From the NCBI RefSeq assembly GCF_009914755.1, contig NC_060946.1: DNA of 64,000 nucleotides; one strand, written 5' to 3'. Origin of the DNA: the human T2T-CHM13v2.0 reference genome, Homo sapiens. The notes beneath the pieces are model-generated. The model was given only the letters and a program-made list of their open reading frames with translations, was not told the DNA's origin and searched no databases. Made by a program: the position numbers and the translations under genes. Of the stretch, positions 1 to 13,740 are shown one piece after another; the stretch's first letter is position 1; each line of letters starts with the position of its first letter.

Positions 1-229
1 GAAAGTATGATACAGTTCCCAAGACATTGGAGGCGTGGTTAAAGGCCATTTTGCATGGAGCAGGAGACGAGGGACCAGGAGGCCTCACTGCTGCAAAATC
101 AGGAATCATCTTCCTTTTTGGAGCCTCCTTTGGAGAAACAAAGTCACTCCTCTGGTGTTTCCAAAACCCAACAATGAGCTCTTGAAAATGGATCGGCTCA
201 TAAAACAATCACCCATGTCACATATATAG

Positions 230-561
<332 letters not shown>

Positions 562-617
562 CAAAAAAGATTTTTTATTCCAATTTTATAAGTATCTTTG
601 GCAATTCCCTTTCCAAT

Positions 618-621
<4 letters not shown>

Positions 622-652
<31 letters not shown>

Positions 653-940
653 ATACAGGGTCTTGCTTTGTTGCCCAGGCTGGAGTACAACAGCATCACG
701 ATCATAGCTCACTTTAGCCTCCAACTCCTAAGCTCGAGTGATCCTTCAGCCTCAGCCTCCCAGTAGCTAGGACTACAGGTGTGCACCAACTCACCCAACT
801 AATTTTTTTATTGTTACTTTTGTAGGAATGGAGTCTTGCTATATTGCCCAGGCTGGTCCTGAACTCCTGTCCTCAAGTGAACCTCCTGCCTCAGCCTCCC
901 AAAGGGCTCGGATTACAGGCGTGAGTCACTGTGCCCAGAG
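622..940 (-). mobile_element. Alu, AluJ-like
   Basis: T30 tail then diverged Alu with J-type GATCATAGCTCAC..AGCCTC; degenerate flanking duplication TCCCTtTCCA/TCCCTcTCCA. Confidence 0.92.
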
Positions 941-1509
941 TCCCTCTCCAGTCTTCTGACTCATATCACACAGTGATACAAGACTGAGAAGCCCACCCTT
1001 GGCTGCACAGGGACATTCAGGCTGTGGGCACGTGTCCTTCCTCCACGACATGGCCTTGGTCCTCAAGTCAGTTTGTTTTGAAAGAACATTTAGTATCAGC
1101 AGCATATGATGTGGGAAATCAGTGTCGATTGTGACAAAACATAAGTAACCCTGAAAGAAACGAGCTCACTGAAGATGTGTTAGGAGTTTCTAGCCAGCCA
1201 TCTTTGCCTGCCGCATCTCCAGCCTGCAGCTCGGCCCCTCTTGGTTAAAAAGGAAAATGAGCAAGTGTGAGAGCCGAGATAGCACCCAACTGAGAATTTC
1301 GCCTTCACCTAGACAATGACTCAAAGGACTGAATGTGAATGTAACACAGGAATATATTTCTCACTGGGGTTTGATGTTATTTACTGCCATGTCCAATGTG
1401 CCAATGAACAGTCACCCTGGTCTCACCAATAGTATATGTCTCTTGCCCTGAAATCAATGTAAGGATATCAGTGCTCAAAGGGGAGTTTCCTACCTATCAG
1501 GCCCCATTC

Positions 1510-1700
1510 CAAGCACTTCACATCTATTGGTTCATTTAATTCCTTTGACAGTCCTCAAAGTAGGTCCAATCACCAACTCCATTTTGCAGATGAGGTAACA
1601 GAGACTCAGAGAGGTTAGGTGACTTGCCTGAGGTCACACAGCTAGTGCAAAACAGGGACGAGGTTTGAACCGGACAGCGTGGCATCAGAGGCCTTGTTTG
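1510..1700 (-). mobile_element. MIR SINE
   Basis: MIR core CATTTTGCAGATGAGG..GACTCAGAGAGGTTAGGTGACTTGCCTGAGGTCACACAGCTAGT. Confidence 0.88.
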
Positions 1701-3047
1701 CTATCACCTGACTCTACCTTCTTCCTGGTAGGGGTGAATCAACGTGGGGCCTGCCCAGAAGTCCTGGGTATCATTTTTTTCCCAACACCTTTTAGCTGAG
1801 TGGCCCTGGGAAAGTCTCTTCACCACTCCTAGCTTGTTTGCTCATCTGTGAACCAGGATATGGGGGTGAGGGGAAGGCCTCTGAGATCTGTATCCCAGAG
1901 GGGTGGGAGGGCTCTGGAATCCAGCAGGGTAGGGAGGGAGAGGCTGAGCCCCAGAGGAGAGTCTAGTCCAGGCAGGATTGTAGCAGGCTGTGTGGTTTTC
2001 TGGTTCTAAATTCACTCCCCAAGAGGACACATGGCGTGTTAGGAGCACAGCTGCTCCTCGTGAGAACGAGAGCCCACCTCCTGAGCCTCATGACAGGGTC
2101 CACAGCCACTTGGGTGCCCACAGACTCACCACCTGGTACACCCTGAATCAGAGGCACATCTCAGAGCTGTGCCCTTCAGTCTAATTTAGGAGGTACTCTT
2201 TCTTTCTGCTTTTAACAAACTCGTTCCCTGAGGTTTAAAAGACCCCCTTAGAGCCCCCCTAACCAACAACAAAGGGGAGAGGCAGGTCCTACAAGAACAG
2301 ACAGGGCTGCAACAGGAAGTTCAGGGTCCAATCCAGGGCCTGCCATCCACAACCGCACACTGTGTGTTGTTCAGTCAGTCCCGTCCAACACTGGTTTCGT
2401 CATCGTTAAATGGGAGCGCATTGGAGTGCTCATGATTGCTTGTTGGCGCCTCCCATGTATGGGCTTGGGATTGCATTTGATTTCTTCCTCAAAAGGGCCC
2501 TGAGAGGTGGAGGCGCCCTGAGCCCCACTGAGGAAACTGAGGCAGAAATGTGACTCCTTTATCCACGACCTCACAGCTGAGAAATGGCAGAGTTAGGAGG
2601 TCCATCAAGACCCTGGTCCCATGATCTTTTGTCTCTGAAGAGCAGCTTTTGGAGATGCTCTGTGCCCTGGTTTGTTGAATCAGGGTTCAGCTCATCCCCT
2701 GGAAAGGGAGGTCTGCTCCTTGGCTCCCTCCAGAGATCTGAAGCTAAGCAAGGAAGGAGGCTGCAGCTGGGCCTTCAGGATACCGGTGAGGTTTTACACC
2801 AGCCACAGGCAAGGGGAACAACTGACTGCTTTGCCGAGGAGAAACCTCACATCCACCCCGTGCAGAAGAAAGGACCATCCCCATTTTACAGATGAAAAAC
2901 TGAGGCCCGGAGCTTAAGTAACTCACCCAAGTCCACTGTATTAGTTTCTTATTGCTGCTGTAACAAATCACAAATGTAGCGGTGTCAGACACCACAAAGT
3001 ACCTTATAGTTCAGGAGATCAGATTTCCAAAATGAGTCCTGCAGGGC

Positions 3048-3784
<737 letters not shown>

Positions 3785-4275
3785 GGGACTAAAATCAAGA
3801 TGCTGGCAGGACGGCATTCCTTCTGGAGGCTCTAGGACAGGATCCATTTCCCTGCCTTTTCCAACTTCTAAAAAAGCAGCTTCCACCAGCATTCCTTGGC
3901 TCACGGCTCCCTCTTCCATCTTCAAAGCACGTCACTCCCTCCTCCTTCCATCGTCACATCTCCTTTTCTGACTCTGACCCTCCTGCCTTCCTCTTATAAG
4001 GACCCTTGTGATGACATTGACCCACCCAGATAATCCAGGATAATTTCTCTATTTCGAGATCCTTAACTTCAAAGTCTCTTTGGCCACATAAGGTAACATA
4101 TTACAGGTTCCAAGGATTAGGAAGTGGACATCTTGCAGGTGGGAGATGGGGCATTATTCTGTCTACTACAACCACATGGGAGGAAAGTGGCAAAACCAGT
4201 TTGAACCAGTCTGACTGGCTCCAAAGTTTGTTTCCTCCACCCCCAGATTCCACCAAGGTCCTAAAGAATAATGGC

Positions 4276-4751
<476 letters not shown>

Positions 4752-4799
4752 GAAAAAAAGAATATATATATATGTATCAATCAGAAAGAAAAAGGAGAA

Positions 4800-4975
4800 A
4801 ATCTGGGTTCAAGTCTTGGATCCAGCCAGGAATGAACTGGGAGGCTTCATTTCCCCTCTCTGGGCCTCAGTTTGCCCATCTGTAAAATGGAGCAGTAATA
4901 GTAACTGCCCCCATCCCCCAAAAATATATGCCATCGATAACACACAGGAGAAAGTGTCTGCACACTGTAGAGAGC
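4800..4975 (+). mobile_element. MIR SINE
   Basis: CTCTCTGGGCCTCAGTTTGCCCATCTGTAAAATGG core. Confidence 0.8.
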
Positions 4976-5084
4976 TGTGCCCACCAGAGGAGCCAGCTCC
5001 ACCCCCTCTCCTAATCCACAGGGCAGGGACTGAAGAGGCTATTCCCAGGGCCCAGCCCAGATGGGGCTTAAACTCCAGTCAGAC

Positions 5085-5450
5085 AGGAGCCAATTTCCCT
5101 GGCTCATTATCCCAAACCAAATTAGGGGCAGCCCAGGCTGTGCCACTCGTGGCTTAATTGGGACTCACAGACACCCCGCCCCGTGCCTTCTTTCTTTCCC
5201 ACACCCCTGTCCCCAGCCAGGCCGTGCCTTAGGGGAGCCAGAGGCTGCCTGGGCCTTGCCACCTGGGCCCTCGCAGACGCCCCAGTGTAATCAATTAGAC
5301 CCAGGCCAGGCCGGCTCGGGATGGGGGCGCCGCTGGGCAGCTGGGCCCAGCATCGATCCCGGCCCCTCTCGACCCCCAGGGAGGGGAGGCAGCCAAGAGA
5401 GCCGTGCAGATGGCGGTCTCCACGGCCCTCTGCCCCCACCCCCCACCCCA
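5085..5450. promoter_or_regulatory. candidate GC-rich enhancer with homeodomain sites
   Basis: repeat-free and CpG-enriched; TAATCAATTA (PAX3/7-type) at 5288-5297, plus CTTAATTG and AAATTAG. Confidence 0.35.
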
Positions 5451-6224
5451 GAGCTGCCTGTGGGTGTACTCAGCCCGGACAGAGAACGGTGCACCTGGTG
5501 GGCTCCGCATGAGCCTGGAGGCTGGACTTTGTTGCTTGGTCCCCAAAAGGGGCAGAAAATATTTAGGAAATGCTGTCCTGCTGGGATCCATGTGTCCCCC
5601 CCAACTGGAGCATCCTTCATCCCTCTAAGCCACCTGGAGGCCTGCTCAGGCCCCTATTCTAACCAGGCCAGGCCCCCCAGGGGGAGCCACTCCAGAGGCT
5701 CTGTACGCAGCAGGGCAGAGGTGGGGGCAGGGACTTTCTTTGAAGAATCTTCTCCTGGGGCCTCCCCCCTGCTCCCATCCCCCATCACAAAGGTTGGTCA
5801 GGCGAGCAGGGCGGGGGGTGGGTGGAGGGAAGACAGGGGACAGGGCTGCTGGCAACGAAAGGATTCCCATCTGGGGATCATGAGGAGGCCTGGGGACCCT
5901 GGAGGACACTGCCGCCATCAATGCTATCTGAAGCCCCACCCACCTCCCACCACCCCAGGCAGCAGGCATGAAAGCTTTGGAACCAGAGAGGGTGGTATGG
6001 AGGGGAAAGGGACCTCCTACATGTGTGTTTTCGGAGGGCTGTGGGGGTAAGACTCTGTTTGCAATGATGCAGTTTCAGGGGGTCCATGTGCCTGAGGCAG
6101 GGATTTCTCTGTATCTGGATGACTCTGTATTCCCAAGCCAGACACACAGTAGGTGTTAAGAATCATTTGCAAAATGGGAGGCGTGGGGGTCTCTGTTTCT
6201 AAGCTCTTATAAGTTGGCCTGGAA

Positions 6225-7009
6225 GGGAGTATGCATGTGGGGTGTGTGTATATGTGAATATATGTGTACATGTGAGTGTGTGTATGTATGTATGAGTGCG
6301 CATGTGTGTATATGTTAGTGTGCATTATGAATGTGTGTAGATGTTAGTGTGTGTATATTTGGATGTGTATTTTAGTGTGTGTATGTGAGTGTGTATACAT
6401 GTGAGTGTGTGTATATGTGACTGCATGGGTGTATATGTAAATATGTGTATCTATGAATGTGTGTATATGTGTGTAAGTCTGTGTATATTTCAGTGTGTAT
6501 TTTAGTGTGTATGTGTGTAGATGTGTGTGTAGATGTGATTGTGTGTGTATATGTATATGTGAGTATGCATGTGTGTGTGTGTATATGTAACTGCATGTGT
6601 GTATATGTAAATATGTGTATATATGCATGCGTGTACATGTGTGTAAGTTTGTGTATATTTCAGTGTGTATTTTAGTGTGTATGTGTGTAGATGTGATTGT
6701 GTGTGTATATGTGAGTATGCATGTGTGTATGTGAGTGTGTATATGTAAATATGTGTATATATGCATGTGTGTATATGTGTGCATGTTTCTATATATTTCA
6801 GTGTGTATGTGTGTATATGTGAGTGTGTGTATGTGATTGTGTGTGTATATGTGAGTATGCATATGTATGTGTGTGTATATGAATGTGTGTATATGTGTGT
6901 ATATGTTAGTGTGTATATTTGTGTGTATTTTAATGTGTGTATGTGAGTGTTTGTATATGTGAGTGTGTGAGTGTGTGTGTGTGTGTGTGTGTATGTGTGT
7001 GTGTGTGTG
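6225..7009. repeat. TG/TGTA-rich low-complexity array ending in (TG)n
   Basis: about 780 bp of alternating purine-pyrimidine sequence with recurring GTGTATATTTCAGTGTGTATTTTAGTGTGT. Confidence 0.95.
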
Positions 7010-7359
7010 ACTCCACGTGGCATTTTTCTCCCTCTGGGCCAGCGTGTGTATTTAACAAAGGACTTGGGGGCTTTGCCTCCCACCTTGGAGTCCCCAGGCC
7101 CAGGAGTGCCACTCCGTGTAGACCTCAAGCCTCAGCCTCCATGCTTAGGGAGCTTCTCTGCTCCAGCCCTGGTGTCACACTTGGTGAAAGACACATTTAG
7201 AAGAACGAAATGATGTAAAAATAATAAGATAAAAATCACCTGTGGTGACACCACCTAGAAATATGCTTGAACCTGAGCCTTTACCATGGGTCCCCTCCGT
7301 AAAGGAAGCATTGGAAGTAGGGAAGCATGGCTTGAAGAGGAATAGGCATGGAGACTCTG

Positions 7360-7600
7360 CGAGTGAATACATGCAAAGCGCTTAGAATAAACAGTGCTGG
7401 CAGCACGCAAGCACCGTCAGAGTGTTTACTAACATCATCAATCATCACTATCACTCACTGAGGTTTCCTTACCTTAAGATGTGTGCTCTTCTTGTCAGTT
7501 TCACTCGTTAGTCCTCAAGCAGTCATTATTGCACCCACTTTGCAGATGAGGAAACTGAGGCCCAGAGACGGAAAGCCACTTGCCAAGGCCACCCAAAGCC
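7360..7600. mobile_element. two MIR fragments (+ 3' end, then - core)
   Basis: ATGCAAAGCGCTTAGAA..; TTTGCAGATGAGGAAACTGAGGCCCAGAGA. Confidence 0.75.
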
Positions 7601-7769
7601 TCCTGAGCAGCCCCAGGACTACTCCTGCTCCTTGTCAGTCCCTCCTCATCTGTCTGAGGCTGAGCTGGAGAAGGCTGGGAGGACAGAGAGAAGGGGCAGA
7701 GGCCAAAGCCCCCCTCAGGCCCTGCCAGGGCTGTGCTCCTGGACTAGAGGGCTGCAGTCCGGCCACCGG

Positions 7770-8070
7770 GCACAGGCTGGCTAATTGCCGACGCGCAGCG
7801 CTGCCCTGGACTATGACACAGGCCCCTGACAGACATGATTTATGAGGGCCCTCGGCAAAGCGGAACCCACTCAATTGCCTATTACCTCACTTAGCAGACA
7901 CCTTGTCACCGCCCGAGAGCCGGGTGTTAAAAATACAAACCAGGCGGCCAGTCGGCCCCGAGTGTGGCCCCTCCACCTGCTCCGCACCAGATAACCAGCC
8001 TTCCAGCCAGCCAGCTGATCTCTGCTCGGCTGAACTGGGGAGAAGACGCTGAGAGTGGATTAATGAAGTA
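7770..8070. promoter_or_regulatory. candidate HOX/PBX/MEIS enhancer
   Basis: TGACAG (7827-7832) next to TGATTTATGA (7836-7845); repeat-free, CpG-retaining. Confidence 0.45.
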
Positions 8071-8519
8071 GATGTCATCAGGTCTCAGTCTCTGGGTTGA
8101 GGAGGTGGACAGCGGGAGCAGGGATGGGACCCCAATATCCAGACTGGTCCATCTGCTGGTAGTGCCTGCTGCAGAGATGGGGACAACTGAGGCACAGCAA
8201 GATGCAGCCACTCATCGAGGGTGCTGGCAAAGCCAGGACTGGATCCCAGAGGTCCCACATCCCCACCTTCTTTGCTCATGAACTCAACTTTTTGTTGCTC
8301 TGAATATACACGGTGCTTGCTACAAACCGATCTGCAATGTCTGGGCTGCCAGGGTTTCCCAGCCCCAGCCTCCAAGCCCAACATTCTGCACCCTTCCTGG
8401 CTGGCCTCATTGCCTTTCAAACAACCCTACAGAAGTCAGGGTTCATGTAGACTCTCTGTCGGTGTTTCCAGGCTGCCAGTTAAACTAGGAACACACACAA
8501 CGCCAACTCCGAACTCACA

Positions 8520-8665
8520 GGACTCACACAATAAAAATGCAGGGCCTCTTGTTCAAATATTAAGGATTTCAACATGGTGACAGGAGGGCATTAAACCAAG
8601 CGTGGACCCTTCTGTGCTCAAGGTCCTGCATGACTGCAGGGGTCCCACACTCATGATGGCCTTGA
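8520..8665 (-). mobile_element. MER91A-like hAT-Tip100 MITE
   Basis: AAAATGCAGGGCCTCTTGTTCAAATATTAAGGATTTCAACATGGTGACAGGAGGGCATTAAACCAAGCG matches the reverse of the MER91A consensus as recalled. Confidence 0.75.
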
Positions 8666-8778
8666 ACACCTACTCGGAGCCTGCATGAAGCTGGACTTTC
8701 ACCGCTTTGGCTCATTTAATCCTCACAACAACCTTGGGGAAGACGTAATGGTGGCCCTCCTGCTCGAGAGCTCATAAA

Positions 8779-9101
8779 TGTGTGTATTTGTGTGTGTGTG
8801 TATGTATTCTATGTGTGCTCATGTGTGTCTGTGCATGTCTGTGTGTTTCCATGTATATGCATCCATATATGTCTGTGTGCATGTCCACATATGTGTCTCT
8901 GGGTGTGTGTCATGTGTATTTGTCTGAATATGTGTTCGTGTGTGTCCATGTCTGTGTGGGGGTGTGTGTACCTGTGTATGTGCCTGTGCGTGCGTCCACG
9001 TCTGCGGGTGCGTGTGCCCGTGTGTGCGTCCACGTCTGCGGGTGCGTGTACCTGTGCGTGTGTCCGTGTCTGGGTGTGTCTTTGTGGGAACATATGTGTG
9101 T
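8779..9101. repeat. TG-rich low-complexity tract
   Basis: degenerate (TG)n with an internal duplicated GTGCGTCCACGTCTGCGGGTGCGTGT. Confidence 0.9.
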
Positions 9102-9359
9102 ATCCTGGCAGAAGTTTTAAACAGCCAAAGAGAAGATCAGATCAAAAGCAGTTGGCACACTGGATGAAGCCTGGCCCTGAAAGATGGGATCAATTCCCCT
9201 GCCCGGTCCTATGTGGGTCCACATGGGATCATCAGCTGGGTCTGAGGGAATTCCCTGGGTGGGGCCATTTGGGGGCAGAAGGGAGCTGTGTCTGTGGATC
9301 CCTTGGGCAGGCACCAGGCTCTGCAGGCTTCACCCTCAGCACAGCAGAGTGGGGAGCAG

Positions 9360-9650
9360 TTTCACTCACTCCCTCATTTATTCAGTTACTCACTGGGCAC
9401 CCCCTTTGCACTGACGGGAGCCAGACCCGGCCATGCCCTGTGGGAACTCACAGCCTAGTAAGCAATTCAGGTGGCACAGGGAGTTGTAGGGACCTAGAGG
9501 AGGCCACTGACCCAGCCGAGGGACCATCAGGAAGGCTTCCTGGAGGAGGCAATGTCTCACCTGAGACTTGGAAAGGAAGCAGGAGTGATATCAAGAAGAG
9601 GGAAAAGTGTCACAGGCAGAGGAACACACCAAGCAAAGGCCTGGGGGTGG
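9360..9650 (-). mobile_element. L2 3' fragment
   Basis: TCATTTATTCAG.., GGAAGGCTTCCTGGAGGAGG, CAGGCAGAGGAAC..CAAAGGCCTGG. Confidence 0.7.
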
Positions 9651-9729
9651 GACGAACCCAATCATCCGGCCCATGCGAGCTTCTCCTGTCCCCCTGCCGC
9701 TGCACCCTCACCAGCTCCCTCTCTCTCCC

Positions 9730-9793
9730 ATTCCTCCTTCAGGTCCCGATTTCAACTTCTCTTCCTCCAGGAAGGCTTCCCTGATTTTGCACG

Positions 9794-9846
<53 letters not shown>

Positions 9847-10005
9847 GGTGAGTGCATTTACCTGGTCTTTGCCTTCGGGCACGTACCAGAGTATAACTTA
9901 AGCTCAAAAGTCATCTCCTCTGCATGGGGTACTTTTTTCCATAGCCCAATGCCGAGAACAGTCCTGGCTCATAGTAGGTACTCAACAAATGTTTGTTGAT
10001 TGAAT
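9730..10005 (+). mobile_element. L2 3' fragment containing (CA)n
   Basis: TCCTCCAGGAAGGCTTCCCTGA.. and L2 tail CATAGTAGGTACTCAACAAATGTTTGTTGATTGAAT. Confidence 0.7.
9797..9843. repeat. (AC)~23 microsatellite
   Basis: uninterrupted AC repeat. Confidence 0.98.
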
Positions 10006-10149
10006 AAGTGTGAGAGAAGACACGAAGGCATGCGTGCACCTGTTGGAACGAAAGAGCTGCAGGAGCTTGAGAGTTTAGTGTGGGAGTGCCTGGCCCCCTC
10101 AATGCAGGGGCTATGACCAACCCAGACACCACATATTATCGTGGTCAGA

Positions 10150-10355
10150 GGCACAGAGGCCCTGAGACAAATCCTGCCTCTGTCTGTTCCCAGCTCTGTG
10201 ACCTTAAGAGACTCTCTTAGCCTCTCTTGGTCTCAGTTGCCTCATTGGTAAACTGGGTTCTCAAGAGGTTTAAATGAGGTCATATAGAAAGTGCAATCAA
10301 AAGAGTGCCCAGCACATTCAAGATACTCAATCTGTGTGGTCGGTGTGTTATTATT
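10150..10355 (+). mobile_element. MIR SINE
   Basis: CAGCTCTGTGACCTT..CTCAGTTGCCTCATTGGTAAACTGGG..TAAATGAGG. Confidence 0.75.
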
Positions 10356-10959
10356 TTTCTCCACCTCCCCGGCATTCAGCCCTAGACCAGGCAATCATGA
10401 GCTGTCAATCAATGGAGATACTACCATCATCACCATCACTCAGAAAGATGGATCAGACCATGAGAACTTGTCACCTGATGATAATCATAAACCCTGACAT
10501 TCACATGGGCCTGAGAAGTTACCAAGAGCTTTTCCTGGGTGCTGCTCCTCCAGGTTTCAAGGGCAGGTGGGGGCCCAGCCCAGAACTCTCTCTCTTCAGC
10601 CTCCCTTTGGAGCTTCATACAGCAGGCTCATCCTCTGCTTCTCCACCCCTCACTACCTGACTTCCAGCCAGTTCAGTTCCACTGTGAACTCTGGGAGAGA
10701 TGGACAGCTTGGCGATGGGAATGTCAGTGCAGCCTCAGGCCAGAGAGCCACTGCTCAGTGGAAAAGTGGTCTCTGGTCCTGGGCGATGGAACAGCATTTC
10801 CAGGCCTGGCAGGACCTGTCAAAGGCCCTGTCCTAGAGACACATCTGTACCCTCCACGCCTCACCCGTCTCTGGGATCCTCAGCCTGGGTCCCCCAGCCA
10901 TGCTGGGATTTAGAACCAATATTTTTAGAAAGCACAGCTGAGGCTTTTTAACAAGGTTA

Positions 10960-11830
10960 TGCATTAATTCAACAAACATTCCCGGCTTGGGTGCTGGAGA
11001 AGCAGAAATGAAGTCGATACAGCCTCTGCATCAAAGAGCTCACACTTTAAGTAGGAAGGAAGGTGGCAGCTTTGGCGAGAACATGGGGCTTTGGGGGAGC
11101 AATCAGGGCAACTCACAGCCAAAACATTGAAGCAAAGATGTGGAGAAGAAGGAATTAGCAAAGGCAGAGGGAGTTTCAGGCACAAGGAACAGCAGGTGCA
11201 AAGGCTTGGTGGCTGGAGAAAATGGAGAGAACTTGAAAAATGTGGCAGGACTGGAGTAAAGACAACGGTTGGGGAGGCAGAGTGTGGCAAGAGAGGGGCA
11301 TCTTCTTCCAAGACTTCCCTTTATTGGAAGGCAAAGCCAAGGAGAGATTTGGTCTTACAGATACTTCATTCATTCATCTGCATGGTCATTCAACAGTTAC
11401 TGACAGCATCCTGAGTCAGGCATAAGGTGGGTCCTGGGCAGAGGGAAACAAACAAGGGAAGGGCATGAGATGGGTGGGAAAGTAGGGGATGTGGGGCACA
11501 GCAGATGGGGAAGGCATCAGGGACGGCTCCCTGGAGGAGAGGGCTCCAAGCAATCTGAAAAAAATGCCTCCTCCTACCTCTAAACTGAGCTCAGGTATCC
11601 AGGGGAATATCAGCCCCAAAGCTCTCACCCCCATCAGTGGCAGGGAAGGTCCAAAATTCTCCAGGGAGCTGCTTATCCACTCATTCATTTGTCCATTCAT
11701 TCATTCATTCATTCATTCATTCATTCATTCATCATTTCACCCAGCATTTGCTCAGACAGACAGAAAACCCAGCCCTGCCCTTAGAGGCTCCCAGCACCAC
11801 TGAAAAGGAGACAAAGGCATGAATAAGCAA
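10960..11830 (-). mobile_element. cluster of L2 3' fragments with (CATT)n tails
   Basis: ATTCAACAAACATT, TTCATTCATTCATC and (CATT)n at about 11695-11733; CATCAGGGACGGCTCCCTGGAGGAG. Confidence 0.65.
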
Positions 11831-12439
11831 ACAGAAGTCAGTATCAATGGCGGTGGAACATGGACATCCAACACTAGCTGTCAGCACAACCTCCTGAGAG
11901 TTTTATAAAACACAGTTTCCCTGGGCCCGACTGCGAGCCACTGACTCTACCTCATGGAGTCAGTCCAGGGAATCTGCATCCTAAAACTCCTCAGGGACTG
12001 GAGATGGCTCAGCCTGGCACTTGCCTGCTGACGGTCATTTCAGAATCCGTCTGTGCCAGGAGCACCAAGTCCCTGAGGGACTGGTAGAATCAGGTGGCAG
12101 CCGGGGACAGGCCTCTGCTGACTTCAGGTCTTATTTTAGCCTCTGGCATGTCCCCAGGAGGCCCCACAGGAGGGGGCCGAGGATTTTACAGGAGGGATTT
12201 GCACGGGTATTTTCAGTCTAGATGGAGGATCAGCCTGGCCATAGCCAGCCCCGCAGTTAGAGAAACCAGGCACTGAAGTCTAATAGTACCCACCACCCAC
12301 CCTGGAGAAGCTGGCCTCCTGGGCCTCCCTGGGCCCTGGGGTGGAGACTCGCTGTCAGAGATGAGCTGAGAGACCTGTGTGGGCCTCTGAGCAGATCTGG
12401 CATCTGGCAGCTTGGAACAGCTAGAGACTATGTTTGCAA

Positions 12440-13630
12440 AAGATGGGTGAGGGAGGCTGGGGGTATCATCTCCATTTCACAGATGCAGAAACTGAGGCTT
12501 GGAGAGGCCAAGGCCATTGCCATACCCTGAGTCAACCCCAAGTCCTTGTAACAATGAACTAGGTCTTTGCTAAAAAGACAGCCCCGGTGCCTAACAGATG
12601 TCATTCCAAGCCAATGATTAATAAATAATGCTAACACTCGATGCTGGTAACCAGCCAATGCTTACATGAAGCGTGGATAGGCCAGGCACCATTCTCAGCA
12701 CTGGGCATATTTTACCACTAACTCCTCTTCATCCTCACCAACACCTACAAAGCAGGCAGTAATAGTATGCCCATTTGACAGATGAAATGAACTTGGGAGT
12801 TGGGCAGAAAGATCCATGGAGCCCCAAGTCCCCAGTGAGTCTTTCCCTCCCCAGACCACCTTCCCAAACCCTCCCAGCCCTCATGCTTATTCTGATAAAC
12901 CCTCCAAAGCCCGGATTAGTAAAGGGGTTAACAAGGTGGATGGCACCCCCCAGGCTTGGTTTGCACCTGCCAGTTAGAGGCAGAAGGCAGTCTGGGGTCA
13001 ATGGACAAAGCCAGGCACGAAGTCCAAAGCATGGGTTTGAATCCCAGCCCCGCCCTGGCCTTCCTGAGCCTCAGTTTCCTCTGCTGAGAACTGGAAGCAT
13101 CTATTCCCACCCCAAGTACCACCTAGCATGGCAGGTAGGGTCAAGAGAGCAGGAATACGCTTCTCCACCTGCAGATGAGGAGGCTGAGGCCCAGAGAGGG
13201 GTTGGCAGATGCTCAGGGACCCCTGGCTGGGCTGGGAGCAAATGAGCTCTTGTGAATCACATGCCCCTGTCAGAATAACAATGAAGGGGGAGCCGAGAAA
13301 CAATGAGGGCCCAGTTGACTCTGCCCAAGGGGCAGTCGGCACAGGTCTGTCTGACTCCTGGGCTGATCTGACCGTTCTCAGCAACAGAAGTAGGGGAAGG
13401 CATAGGTACTGGGGTTTCACCCAGTCTCCTACTAACCAGCTGGGTGACCTTGGACTACTTACTAAACCTCTCTGAACCTCTCTTTTCTCAGCCTCAAAAT
13501 GGGGACAATCACAGTAAGGCGGTTGCGAGAACCCAGGAAGGCAGGAGGTGTGGAGTTGCCTTTTCCAGATGGAGCACTGGGAACTCAGGCTCTGGGGTGG
13601 GGAAGGGACTTGCCCAAGATCACAGGGCAC
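12440..13630. mobile_element. cluster of about six MIR fragments in both orientations
   Basis: CACAGATGCAGAAACTGAGGC (12478), GACAGATGAAATGAACT, GAGCCTCAGTTTCCTC (13066), GCAGATGAGGAGGCTGAGGCCCAGAGAGG, CAGCTGGGTGACCTTGG. Confidence 0.7.
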
Positions 13631-13740
13631 CCATGCAGCTGAGCAGAAGCTTGTCTGCGGCTTCTCCCCCACCCACAGGCCTGAGGAGGAGGGGCCCCGC
13701 CTCTGGTGGTGGGGAGGTGGGATGAGGGAAGGGTTCCCTG

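Noticed and set aside
5061-6050. 329-aa ORF
   Set aside because: Pro/Gly/Arg-rich translation typical of stop-poor GC-rich DNA; no recognisable domain, and overlapping ORFs occur in several frames.
6017-7213. His/Thr/Tyr- and Val/Cys-rich ORFs
   Set aside because: Translations of the TG/TA low-complexity tract.
8780-9784. 334-aa Cys-rich ORF (metallothionein/keratin-associated-like appearance)
   Set aside because: The N-terminus is the (TG)n tract and the C-terminus runs through L2 relics.
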